DNA of 64,000 nucleotides from Promethearchaeota archaeon (GTDB lineage: Archaea > Asgardarchaeota > Lokiarchaeia > Sigyniarchaeales > SOKP01), in NCBI GenBank assembly GCA_030599585.1, contig JAUVNS010000002.1, forward strand, positions 64,001 through 128,000. Reading direction: 5' to 3'. How positions within the stretch are numbered: position 1 is the stretch's first letter; the number at the start of each line of letters is the position of its first letter. A model generated the notes under the pieces. The model searched no databases, was not told where the DNA came from, and worked only from the letters and a program-made list of their open reading frames with translations. The translations under genes were made by a program, and so were the position numbers. Below are positions 41,088 through 50,486 of this stretch, one piece after another.

Positions 41088-41723
41088 ATCGGATATCTTA
41101 AATATATCGTTAACCAAGTAAAAAAACCAAGGGGATTATTCGGCAAAAAAATTGCAAAGAGGATGAACGTTTCACACGCTTCGTTAGCAGAGTGGGGATC
41201 ATCTCACATAAAATTAAGGAAAGATATGATAATTTTAGACGTTGGATGTGGAGGGGGAGCTAATGTTAACCGTTTTGCGCAATTTGCAAGTGATGGGAGG
41301 GTATTTGGAATTGATTATTCACCCACTTCAGTGAAAGTCAGTAAAGAAGTTAATAAAAAATATATTGAAGAGGGAATTGTTGAGATTCGCGAGAGCTCAG
41401 TCTCATATATTCCCTTTGAGGATAACACCTTCGATGTAGTTTCAGGTTTTGAAGCTTATTATTTTTGGCCAGATTTAGTTAACGATTTAAAAGAGATACA
41501 TCGCGTTTTGAAAATCAACGGAGTATTATTATTAGTCAACGAGGGTTATAAGTGCGAAAACAAAGAAATAAGAAAAATAGTAGAGAATTGGGCGAAACTC
41601 GGAAACTTTAAACTTCATTCACCTGAGGAGTATAGGGATTTTTTAAGTAAAGCAGGATTTTCTGAAATTGAGGTATACGAACAAAAAGAGAAGGGTTGGA
41701 TTACGGCTATCGCTACAAAATAA
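41088..41723 (+). CDS. Class I SAM-dependent methyltransferase, start uncertain
   Basis: LDVGCGGG, GIDYS, YYFWPD. The frame upstream of the ATG at 41163 continues as NQVKKPRGLFGKKIAKR back to TGA 41079-41081. Confidence 0.85.
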   Translation: MGYLKYIVNQVKKPRGLFGKKIAKRMNVSHASLAEWGSSHIKLRKDMIILDVGCGGGANVNRFAQFASDGRVFGIDYSPTSVKVSKEVNKKYIEEGIVEIRESSVSYIPFEDNTFDVVSGFEAYYFWPDLVNDLKEIHRVLKINGVLLLVNEGYKCENKEIRKIVENWAKLGNFKLHSPEEYRDFLSKAGFSEIEVYEQKEKGWITAIATK

Positions 41724-41789
41724 AAATGATAGTAATATTAAAAATAACAGAAATAAATATTAAACCCTTTCTTACTCAAATTTCATCGT

Positions 41790-42737
41790 TCATCCTTTTT
41801 CAGTCATTCGGAGGTTTTTCGCTATAATTTTATCCTTTTCTTCTTGAGTGAGTTTTTCAATTCTTTCTTTTCTAAAAACCATGATAAATTGGTGTACAAT
41901 ACTCGGTATCCATGAATAATTGATCCCGTAAAGATGTAATTTTTTATTAACATCGTACCAGATTATCTCTGATTTTAGGACGTAACCGATTTGGCTTAAG
42001 ATGCGGGCAATGTCAGAGTTTAAAAGATGGTATTGCCCATCATGATACATGTTTCCTATAAAAACAGCGCAATATCGTCCCGGTTTTAAAAGTTTAAAGC
42101 ATTCGCTGAAAGTTTGCTTTATTAAAAGTTCCCAATCACGTTTATTTTGCTGTGAATCTTGAGAATTAGTGTTAAATTGGGATAATTTTGATTTATCGGA
42201 ATAGACTCCCTTAGATTCTTCTCCAACCTTTTTGTAAGTGCCCTTCGATTTCTTAACTGTGTCCATCTTCCAAAATGGAACATCTGTCAATATGAAATCC
42301 ACTTTAAAGTTTGGGTCTTCACTAAATTTACGAATAATTTCACGGGAATCACCCTTGATAACCCTTTGAGGGGTGATGGATTCAATTTTGCAGACTTCAT
42401 GATAAATATCAATCCATTCTTGGTTTATTTCAATCCCAATGCCGTTTCGATTGCTCAAATTGCATGCAATCAAAGTTCCTCCGACACCGCAGAAAGGATC
42501 AAGAATTAGGTCTTTCTCTTTAGTAAAAGTTTTAATCAACTTTTCACATAATTCTGGTGGTTTTTGACCTCCATGTTTATTCCTTAGATTTAATTGAAAA
42601 CTCGGAGGATATCCTTTTGGAATTACTGATTTTGTTGAAAATACCCACTCCTTACCAGTTAAATCGTTAACTTGGTTAGCGAGATCGTAAAAACCGCGAG
42701 ATTCACCATTTTTAGAGAGAAGTTCTATTTTTTTAAT
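41790..42737 (-). CDS. Amino-type DNA methyltransferase-like protein (motif I before IV), probable ATT start
   Basis: The frame extends 66 codons upstream of the annotated TTG (NDLTGKEW, HGGQKPPELC); LDPFCGVG; motif IV position reads DVPFW; AGGTGA precedes ATT at 42737. Confidence 0.8.
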   Translation of the reverse strand: MKKIELLSKNGESRGFYDLANQVNDLTGKEWVFSTKSVIPKGYPPSFQLNLRNKHGGQKPPELCEKLIKTFTKEKDLILDPFCGVGGTLIACNLSNRNGIGIEINQEWIDIYHEVCKIESITPQRVIKGDSREIIRKFSEDPNFKVDFILTDVPFWKMDTVKKSKGTYKKVGEESKGVYSDKSKLSQFNTNSQDSQQNKRDWELLIKQTFSECFKLLKPGRYCAVFIGNMYHDGQYHLLNSDIARILSQIGYVLKSEIIWYDVNKKLHLYGINYSWIPSIVHQFIMVFRKERIEKLTQEEKDKIIAKNLRMTEKG

Positions 42738-42937
42738 TTTAAATTCACCTGTACGAATTTTGTAGTAGATATTCCATAATTTTAATTCAACGAGAATGGA
42801 AGAAATTTCTATTTATTAAGATTTTAATAAGTATTAATTGATTAATATTTCAAGTAAATCCATCATATAAATAAAAATTTTTATACCTTAATTGAATCTA
42901 TTTTTATAAGCTTAATCAACTTTAGTGTGGTATATTT

Positions 42938-43699
42938 TTGAATTTTTATAGTCTTGATGATAAAGGAAATTTAATCGATCGAAGTAAATTAGAGTTTTAC
43001 GAGAATCATGTGTATTTGATTGATGATATTGAGAAAAAAACGCTTTACATCTGGGTGGGACTTAAAGTTCCCCAGTATAAAAAAGACCTAACAGCAGCTT
43101 GGGCTAGGAGATTTGACAAAGATCGTGGGGGTGCTTGTAAGATATTAATAATGATACAAAAGCGGGAATATGGATCATTTTTATCAATGATGGACCAGTT
43201 AAAAAAGGGACTAATACCTGGTGAATCAACTGGACGCAGACCTGAGCTGATATTAGAGCCACCTAAAGAAGTAGCACCATCAATTTCAGAGATTAAACCC
43301 CCAGAGATTGAAGAGGAAGACATTGAAGCAGGTGTGTTTGCATGGTTAACGCAACTAAAAAAACACAGAGCACCTGTTATCGAAATTGAGGAAGTTGAAA
43401 CTACAGAAGCTACAGAAAAAGATGATGAACTGATAGATGATGATGAAATTGGTTTAGAATCTCAAATCAGAGAAGGTGCTTATTATCTCTCATTAAAAAA
43501 ATACTCGTATAACGATTTATGCTGGTTATTAGCCGAAATTATTCTAAATATCAATTTAAACATGCCTTCGCTTGAAGATATTCGTAAAAAGGCAGAGGAA
43601 GTGTTTAATTCATCTAGCACTTATGATGAGTTGTGTTGGTTGAACGCTCAGATGGATGTTTTGATTGAACAGCAATTTCTGGAGAAAAAGAAAAAATAA
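42938..43699 (+). CDS. Gelsolin-domain protein with C-terminal helical repeat domain (1DGelX-like)
   Basis: VYLID...LYIWVG...QKREYGSFL gelsolin pattern; acidic/Pro linker; repeated IRxxA...YxxLCWLxA. Confidence 0.75.
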   Translation: MNFYSLDDKGNLIDRSKLEFYENHVYLIDDIEKKTLYIWVGLKVPQYKKDLTAAWARRFDKDRGGACKILIMIQKREYGSFLSMMDQLKKGLIPGESTGRRPELILEPPKEVAPSISEIKPPEIEEEDIEAGVFAWLTQLKKHRAPVIEIEEVETTEATEKDDELIDDDEIGLESQIREGAYYLSLKKYSYNDLCWLLAEIILNINLNMPSLEDIRKKAEEVFNSSSTYDELCWLNAQMDVLIEQQFLEKKKK

Positions 43700-43749
43700 A
43701 AGGGGTTTTTTTCAAAAAATTAAATAATAAGAAAAAAATCACTTATTTT

Positions 43750-44088
43750 CTAAGCTTTTACCATGATTAGCATCATTTTAAAGCGTTCTAAAGCTTTTAG
43801 TGCGTGTGGATCGTTCGCTGGCATCGTTATCATTTGCCCTTTTTCTAAAATGTAAGGCTTTTTAGAAATTATAATTTCTGCTTTACCATCGATTATGTAA
43901 GCTATTGCATCAAATGGAGCTGTATGTTCGCTTAAGCCCTCGCCTTTATCAAAAGAAAACAAAGTTACCGTGCCCATTTTTTTGTTCATCAACATTCTAC
44001 TGACAACAGAGCCTTCTTGATAAGCTAGTAAAGTTTCTAAATCTAAAATTTCAGGATTTTCTTTATTATGTTCGCTCAAATATTTCAC
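43750..44088 (-). CDS. Cupin-domain protein
   Basis: GSVVSR, FSFDKGEGLSEHTAPFDA, PANDPHAL. Confidence 0.9.
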   Translation of the reverse strand: MKYLSEHNKENPEILDLETLLAYQEGSVVSRMLMNKKMGTVTLFSFDKGEGLSEHTAPFDAIAYIIDGKAEIIISKKPYILEKGQMITMPANDPHALKALERFKMMLIMVKA

Positions 44089-44154
44089 ATCTACTTTTCA
44101 ATTTTAATGATTTTTTAATAAGTATAGTTGTAAAGTGTTTATAAACCTAAATTC

Positions 44155-44164
44155 GAACATGTTT
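44155..44164. promoter_or_regulatory. AACATGTT palindrome, second copy, upstream of the cupin gene TATA box
   Basis: Core at 44156-44163 lies 10 nt from TTTATAAA (44138-44145) on the minus strand. Confidence 0.4.
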
Positions 44165-44303
44165 CATTTTGAGTTAGAAAGATAAAGAGATGGTTTGCAA
44201 TTTTGATAAAGGCTTAACAAATAATTTAATTTAAAAAATCTGACTAAAGTCAATAGGAGTTGTAATTCTTATCCTTCACTTATTAAGATTTAAGAATGAA
44301 TTA

Positions 44304-45278
44304 ATGATGACAACGCAAAAAAAGATGACTTCTAATTCGAAAGCTTACAAAATTTATACGGAATTTGCTGAAGAAAGGAAGATTATTTTGCATCATGGAG
44401 ATTCACTAAATTTCTTGAAGACTATACCTGACAACAGCCTAAATTTAATTGTGACCTCACCTCCTTATAATATTGGCAAAGATTACGAAGAAAAAGCAAC
44501 ATTAGAAGCGTATTTGAAAAATCAAGAAATAATCATTAAACAGCTTCATACTAAACTTAAAAGTGAAGGAAACATTTGTTGGGAAGTCGGAAATTACGTT
44601 AATAATGGTGAAATTTTCCCTTTAGATATCTATTTTTACGATATTTTCAAAAAATTAGGTATGAAATTGAGAAATAGAATCGTATGGCATTTTGGACATG
44701 GATTACATTGTAAGAATCGATTTTCGGGAAGATATGAGACAATTCTATGGTTTACAAAAACAGATGAGTATGTTTTCAATTTAGATTCGATACGAGTGCC
44801 AGCTAAATATCCCGGAAAACGTGCATATAAGGGACCAAATAAGGGTAAACTTTCTGGAAACCCATTAGGAAAAAATCCCTCGGATGTGTGGAAAATGTTA
44901 GAAGACGATTGGATGGCCGCTTTCTGGGAGTTTCCTAACGTTAAATCTAACCATCCAGAAAAAACAGTTCACCCGTGCCAGTTTCCAATAGAATTAGTAG
45001 AAAGATGTATTCTTGCTCTCACGAATAAGGGGGATTACGTTTTAGATCCCTTTTGCGGTGTAGGAACGACCCTAGTTGCCGGATTAAAGCATTCTCGAAA
45101 GGTTATCGGTGTAGATAAAGAATTAGAATATATAAAAATAGCTAGGAAAAGAATTACGCAATTTTTTGATGGAGATTTAAAATTTAGACCTTTAGGAAAA
45201 AAAGTACATCAACCTACAGGTCGAGAGAAAGTATCTAAAGTCCCTCCTGAATGGAAAGATTACACTAAAGAAAAATAG
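44304..45278 (+). CDS. N4-cytosine/N6-adenine DNA methyltransferase, beta-class order
   Basis: VTSPPYN, HPCQFP, VLDPFCGVGTT. Confidence 0.93.
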   Translation: MMTTQKKMTSNSKAYKIYTEFAEERKIILHHGDSLNFLKTIPDNSLNLIVTSPPYNIGKDYEEKATLEAYLKNQEIIIKQLHTKLKSEGNICWEVGNYVNNGEIFPLDIYFYDIFKKLGMKLRNRIVWHFGHGLHCKNRFSGRYETILWFTKTDEYVFNLDSIRVPAKYPGKRAYKGPNKGKLSGNPLGKNPSDVWKMLEDDWMAAFWEFPNVKSNHPEKTVHPCQFPIELVERCILALTNKGDYVLDPFCGVGTTLVAGLKHSRKVIGVDKELEYIKIARKRITQFFDGDLKFRPLGKKVHQPTGREKVSKVPPEWKDYTKEK

Positions 45279-45335
45279 TGGAATAATACCTCAGCCTTAA
45301 AAAAAATAATTATCAACTTTTTTAATTAAGAACTA

Positions 45336-46475
45336 TTGCTATACTGTATGAACCAAGAAAATATCGATTATTATCGAGAATTACAGAAGCATCTTGATAA
45401 AATGCCAGTTGGTTATCCAGCTACAGAATCGGGAATTGAAATTAAAATTTTGAAACATCTTTTTACTCAAGAACAAGCTCAAATCGCATTGAAATTGAAA
45501 TTTATAGCAGATCCGCTAAAAAAAATATATAGGAAATTGAAAAAAAGCGGTTTTTCTTCAGAAGAATTGGAGAAGAAACTAGATGAGATGTATTTCAAGG
45601 GTTTAATCAATCGTGGGGTTGTAAGAGAAGGAGAAACAGAGAATAAATACTACGGTAGTGCTCCTTTTGTAGTTGGAATGTTTGAGTATCAATTAAATCT
45701 ATTAACACCAGAATTCTTTAAAGACGCCCATCAATATATACAAGAAACATTTTTTAGTGAAGAATATAATAAATCGGGTGTTCCTCAATTACGCGTGATT
45801 CCATTAGATCAAACTGTTAATTTTGAACAAGCAATTGCAAATTACGACGATCTTAAACAAATTATCGAGAATATAGGAAAGCCGATTGCAGTAATGGACT
45901 GCATCTGCCGAAAAGGAAATGATCTTATAGGAGAACCTTGTACAAAGACGAAATTACTCGAGTCATGCTTTTCATTCAGAACCGCTGCTAAGATGAGTAT
46001 AGAAAAAGGTCTTGCGAGAGAAATTACTAAAGAAGAAGCATTTAAAATCTTAGAAAAAGCAGAAGAAGATGGTTTAGTGCTTCAACCGGGAAATTCTCAA
46101 AGACCAATGAATATATGTACCTGTTGTGGGTGTTGTTGTGGAGTCCTTACGAGCCAAAAACAACTACCTGAATTATCACATTTTTTCGCCACCAACTTTT
46201 ATGCTGAAGTTGATCCTGATTTATGTATAGGGTGCGCAATTTGTGAGGATAGATGCAATTTGGATGCTATTACTATTGAAGACGATATTGCTCAAGTAGA
46301 TAAAGGAAGGTGTATTGGATGTGGGGTATGCGTTCCTACTTGTACTTCAGAAGCAATGAAACTTTTTAAGAAAGAAGAAGAAACACTTCCTCCAACAAAT
46401 ACTTACTCAACTTATGTAACAATCATGGATAAAAAAGCAGAATTGGCAAGAGCTGAAAAAACTCAAATTCATTAA
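45336..46475 (+). CDS. Multi-[4Fe-4S] binding protein, paralog of 37878..38996
   Basis: LFTQEQAQ, CICR, ICTCCGCCC and two ferredoxin motifs. Confidence 0.88.
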   Translation: MLYCMNQENIDYYRELQKHLDKMPVGYPATESGIEIKILKHLFTQEQAQIALKLKFIADPLKKIYRKLKKSGFSSEELEKKLDEMYFKGLINRGVVREGETENKYYGSAPFVVGMFEYQLNLLTPEFFKDAHQYIQETFFSEEYNKSGVPQLRVIPLDQTVNFEQAIANYDDLKQIIENIGKPIAVMDCICRKGNDLIGEPCTKTKLLESCFSFRTAAKMSIEKGLAREITKEEAFKILEKAEEDGLVLQPGNSQRPMNICTCCGCCCGVLTSQKQLPELSHFFATNFYAEVDPDLCIGCAICEDRCNLDAITIEDDIAQVDKGRCIGCGVCVPTCTSEAMKLFKKEEETLPPTNTYSTYVTIMDKKAELARAEKTQIH

Positions 46476-46509
46476 ATTTTTTTAATCTTTTAAGTTAAGA
46501 GGGAGATAT

Positions 46510-47295
46510 ATGGGCTTACCAGGCATTACGAAAGAGCAGATGGCTGAAGTAGACCGTATAATGGTAGAAGATTTTAAAATCCCAGTTGAGCTTATGATGG
46601 AGCTCGCTGGATATAATTTGGCTAATCTAGCTTTAAATTTATCAAAAAATAAATATTCTAACTACATAATAATTGCTGGCACGGGAAACAACGCTGGAGG
46701 TGGCATTGTGGCAGCAAAGCGCTTAGTTTCTTGGGGATTAAGTGCTCAAATTATTTTTCCAAAGGGTGTGAATGAACTTAAAGATGTTCCCAAAGACCAG
46801 TTGAAAAGAGCAAAACTATTGGGAGTCGAAATTTTCAGTGAATTACCAGATAATTCTTTAGAGCTTAAGGACGATAGTTTTTTTATAGATGCCTATCTCG
46901 GATATGGGTTCACTCCCCGCCAGGATGATATTTCTGAAAATGTGTTTAATTTTGTTTCTAATATAAATAAAATACTTTCTTTAGATATTCCTTCTGGACT
47001 AGATGCAACAACGGGAAACAGGTATTCGAGCATCAACCCATTAGCAACTTTAACGCTAGGATTCGTTAAAAAGGGACTGCTCCTTACAGAGCATAAAAAC
47101 ATTGGGGAATTATATGTTGCTGATATAGGAATTCCTATAAGTATTTATTATAAAATCTTAAGAAATCAATGGAATCTCATTTATAAGAGGTCTAGTTTAG
47201 AAAAGCTGTATTTGGCATTTAAAAACAATTCTATGCAGAAAGTGGAAATAAATAAAAGCAAAGTCATAGATAGGAGTTATTGGACAATTTCTTAA
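46510..47295 (+). CDS. nnrE: NAD(P)H-hydrate epimerase (YjeF N-terminal domain)
   Basis: MAEVD, LMMELAG, GTGNNAGGG, LDIPSGLD, ADIGIP. Confidence 0.85.
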   Translation: MGLPGITKEQMAEVDRIMVEDFKIPVELMMELAGYNLANLALNLSKNKYSNYIIIAGTGNNAGGGIVAAKRLVSWGLSAQIIFPKGVNELKDVPKDQLKRAKLLGVEIFSELPDNSLELKDDSFFIDAYLGYGFTPRQDDISENVFNFVSNINKILSLDIPSGLDATTGNRYSSINPLATLTLGFVKKGLLLTEHKNIGELYVADIGIPISIYYKILRNQWNLIYKRSSLEKLYLAFKNNSMQKVEINKSKVIDRSYWTIS

Positions 47296-47451
47296 ATGAG
47301 TTTTCTACTTTGTTTGTCTCCAAACGTGAGGTTTTTACTTATAATTCACAACCAGACATGCGAATAGTTATTCATAAGCAATTTTTACACTAATCTTTTT
47401 ATACTAGCGTTACCTAAGCTACATGGAAATCTTAAATAAATTTCCAAAGTT

Positions 47452-48048
47452 TTGAGGTCAAATCTTATGAGTGAAGAATTAAGTGATGAACAATATTGGA
47501 AGAAGAAAATTAAGGAACATATGGCCTTATTCATTGTAGCAATTATAGCTGCAGTATTCGCTTTTATAGGGGCACTAGTAGTAATAATTTGGTTTATTGA
47601 ATCATCTCCGATTGGAAACTATGGTAATGCATTAATTGGGGATTGGAGCTTAAATTGGATTGTTGGATTTTATATACTAATCATTCTATGGGAGTTATTA
47701 TTTGTGGGGCTACCAGCAGGGTTATTTTTTGGCGTGGGCGGTTATATATGGTGGAGTAGATTATCAGATGAAGAAAAAGCCGAGTTTAAAGCCAGAGATA
47801 AGAAGAATAAGCATAGAAAGAGAAATGCTGGCGGTGGTGGTGGAGGCAGTTTTTTAATGTTTATAGCATATTGCATTTATATGGGAGTTCAAGGTAGTTA
47901 CTATGCACCATTTAGCAGCCAACCATATAGTTACTGGGTTTATGGTATGTTCTATACATTAATGTGGATGTTTATTATATTTGGAATCCCTATCTGTATA
48001 ATTCTATTAATTGTCTATTTGACGGTATGGCGGAATAAATCAGAATAA
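47452..48048 (+). CDS. 4-TM membrane protein of unknown function
   Basis: Four hydrophobic segments and a basic/Gly loop (KHRKRNAGGGGGG). Confidence 0.75.
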   Translation: MRSNLMSEELSDEQYWKKKIKEHMALFIVAIIAAVFAFIGALVVIIWFIESSPIGNYGNALIGDWSLNWIVGFYILIILWELLFVGLPAGLFFGVGGYIWWSRLSDEEKAEFKARDKKNKHRKRNAGGGGGGSFLMFIAYCIYMGVQGSYYAPFSSQPYSYWVYGMFYTLMWMFIIFGIPICIILLIVYLTVWRNKSE

Positions 48049-48113
48049 TTCAATTTATTTTTTTTTTTTAATTTCTTAAAGAGACTAAAAACCAGAGGTA
48101 ACTCTAAAAATCA

Positions 48114-50402
48114 TTATTTTATTGGTTGAAATATTCCCTTTTCAATTAAATTAAAAATTGTTTGATAATCTTTAGGGGAAGAGGTGTTTTCTGGCATTAA
48201 ATATAGCGAATAGAAATAGTTGAAATTATTTTCTTTCATAAAAGTTCGAGCTTTAGCAACCATCTCTTTCTCAGACGTACTTAGCTTGATCTTAGGGTTT
48301 TCTGCGATTTTTAGCTGGTAAAGAAACGAGACATTCAAATGTTTTTCTATTAAGACACTCATATCCTTGAAGGGTTTCAAAATTCCTGTGAATTTGTCTA
48401 TATCTTCTCCATATTGGTTATATATATCGTAGGCTAAGTCTTCCATTATAAATTTAAAATTAGCAGATGGATTTTCTTTTAAGGTTATAATTAATTTTAA
48501 ATTAACAAATTCAGTTTGCATTACTATTGAATCCTTGTATTCTATATTCAATGTACGAGATTCCTTTGCAGATTCTGAAATCGTCGATCCAAAGTTACTA
48601 ATAGCTTGGAGGAATCCTGAAATTAAGCTAGTATCTATTTTTCTTCCGCCAAACGATTGAGAGAATACATCGATTCCGGATTTTGTATCAATGATGATGA
48701 TTTCGTTGATATTTGAAAGATCTGTAAATCTGTTCAAGAATTTTTCTAGTTTAGTTCTTTGACTCGAGTGGATCCTCTTGTATGCTATGAATGACATCAA
48801 TCCTAATACTGCCGCCCCAAGGATCACTATAAAGACAACTAAAGTAAATGGAAATTCAGGCGGTGGTGTTGGCGGCGGTTCTTCAACGGAAATCTCAAAT
48901 ATTTGCATTTGAACGCCAGCTTCTGTCTCAGTATCACTAAACCAGAACACATAGGCAGTATAAATTCCTTCTAGATCATCTAAGCTAAGGTTGTACGAAA
49001 AGGGAGTTGCTGAGGGGTATGTTATTGTCTGATCCGGTTGAGGTATACCAGCAGGATCAAGCAAAATAAAAGTATATGTTCCAGATAAGGAAGACACAGG
49101 GAGTAAGAATTCTATCTCTTGACCTAATACATAATCTGTTTTTTGAACATCTAAATCAAATTCAACATTCGTGGAATCAGCAACGATCTCCCAATCTGCT
49201 CCAATGGATATGGAATCGTTTAAAATAAGAATTTTGTGATCTGCTGTATCTACTATAACTTCAGATGTAATATCAACTTCATCTCTCAATACGCTTATAT
49301 TCTCCCAGCTACTTGGATAATTAAACAAAACACTATAATTGGTGGATTGTCTCGAGATTGTTGGATTTACACTCCACTTATTTGTTGTTCCATGTTGAAC
49401 TACAACGGAACTTGGAAAATTAAGATTATTAGAAAGAGTTATTGAATAACTAAGGTTAAAAAGTAAACTTTCTGAGGCTTTGTTGTTCACGATAATTTGG
49501 TAACTTTCACTATTCGGTGAGAAATTGACGGTAGTCTTTCCTAAATATCCCTCTTCTTCGCTTGTAATATTAGAAATCGAATAAAACTGATTATCAATGT
49601 TGACAGTCATATTAATTTCTTCTGGATAAACCGGAGTCTCTACTTTCTGAATCAATTTATGTAAATAGGTATGATTTTGTACTCCTGCGCTCCACTGCTC
49701 AGTTTGGTTGTAATAGGACGCATATAAACTCGGATCACTAGGATTATTGTCGTTATAATACCACCATATTCTATTGTCATTAGCGGCAACAATAGTAGAA
49801 CCATTTATTACTAAAAAATAATTACCTTCTGTTAATAAAATTGGGCTGGGAAGCATTTGTCTATACCATCCTTCTGTAGTGGACATATTAAGTTCCATCG
49901 ATGAATAAACTGAGCTATTAGGTTTATTATTTAGCGCGTCATAGCCCCTAATTTGAAGATTTATAATCTTAGGATTAGTCATTAATTTTTTTACCCCATA
50001 AATATCAACCCCAAAAATAGTAGTAGGTTCAGTTAGTTTGATTTGAATACCCAAACCTTTATTCCAGTCACCGCCATTTTGAAGATAAAGACGCTGATAG
50101 ACACCAGTGTAATTTTGGTCCTCAATAACTATTAATTCTTTTCCGAATTTTATGTCAGTAAAATTAAGTTCAATATCTTGAATAGACCATGAAGATGACG
50201 GTAATGTAATATCAATAGAATTTACATTTTGATCAGTTTCATTAAATTTGGAATATTCGATCATTTCGATATTTGTATTGAACGTAACGGGGGGTCCAGT
50301 GCCATTTGCGGTAATAAAATCTACTTTTATGAACAGAATTAAGAACATAAATAGAACGATCGACATGGCACCAATTCTATTAAAAATTCTTGTCTTCTTC
50401 AT
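48114..50402 (-). CDS. Single-pass surface protein with longin-like cytoplasmic domain (paralog 2)
   Basis: Signal peptide; Pro-rich juxtamembrane PPPTPPP; TM; IIIDTKSGIDVF...LISGFLQAISNFG. Confidence 0.8.
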   Translation of the reverse strand: MKKTRIFNRIGAMSIVLFMFLILFIKVDFITANGTGPPVTFNTNIEMIEYSKFNETDQNVNSIDITLPSSSWSIQDIELNFTDIKFGKELIVIEDQNYTGVYQRLYLQNGGDWNKGLGIQIKLTEPTTIFGVDIYGVKKLMTNPKIINLQIRGYDALNNKPNSSVYSSMELNMSTTEGWYRQMLPSPILLTEGNYFLVINGSTIVAANDNRIWWYYNDNNPSDPSLYASYYNQTEQWSAGVQNHTYLHKLIQKVETPVYPEEINMTVNIDNQFYSISNITSEEEGYLGKTTVNFSPNSESYQIIVNNKASESLLFNLSYSITLSNNLNFPSSVVVQHGTTNKWSVNPTISRQSTNYSVLFNYPSSWENISVLRDEVDITSEVIVDTADHKILILNDSISIGADWEIVADSTNVEFDLDVQKTDYVLGQEIEFLLPVSSLSGTYTFILLDPAGIPQPDQTITYPSATPFSYNLSLDDLEGIYTAYVFWFSDTETEAGVQMQIFEISVEEPPPTPPPEFPFTLVVFIVILGAAVLGLMSFIAYKRIHSSQRTKLEKFLNRFTDLSNINEIIIIDTKSGIDVFSQSFGGRKIDTSLISGFLQAISNFGSTISESAKESRTLNIEYKDSIVMQTEFVNLKLIITLKENPSANFKFIMEDLAYDIYNQYGEDIDKFTGILKPFKDMSVLIEKHLNVSFLYQLKIAENPKIKLSTSEKEMVAKARTFMKENNFNYFYSLYLMPENTSSPKDYQTIFNLIEKGIFQPIK

Positions 50403-50486
50403 AAGATTATTTAAGTATATAACAATCTTGATAAAAAAGCTTTGTTTATTTTCTATAAAAAATTTGAAATGATAGGGGATTAATTT

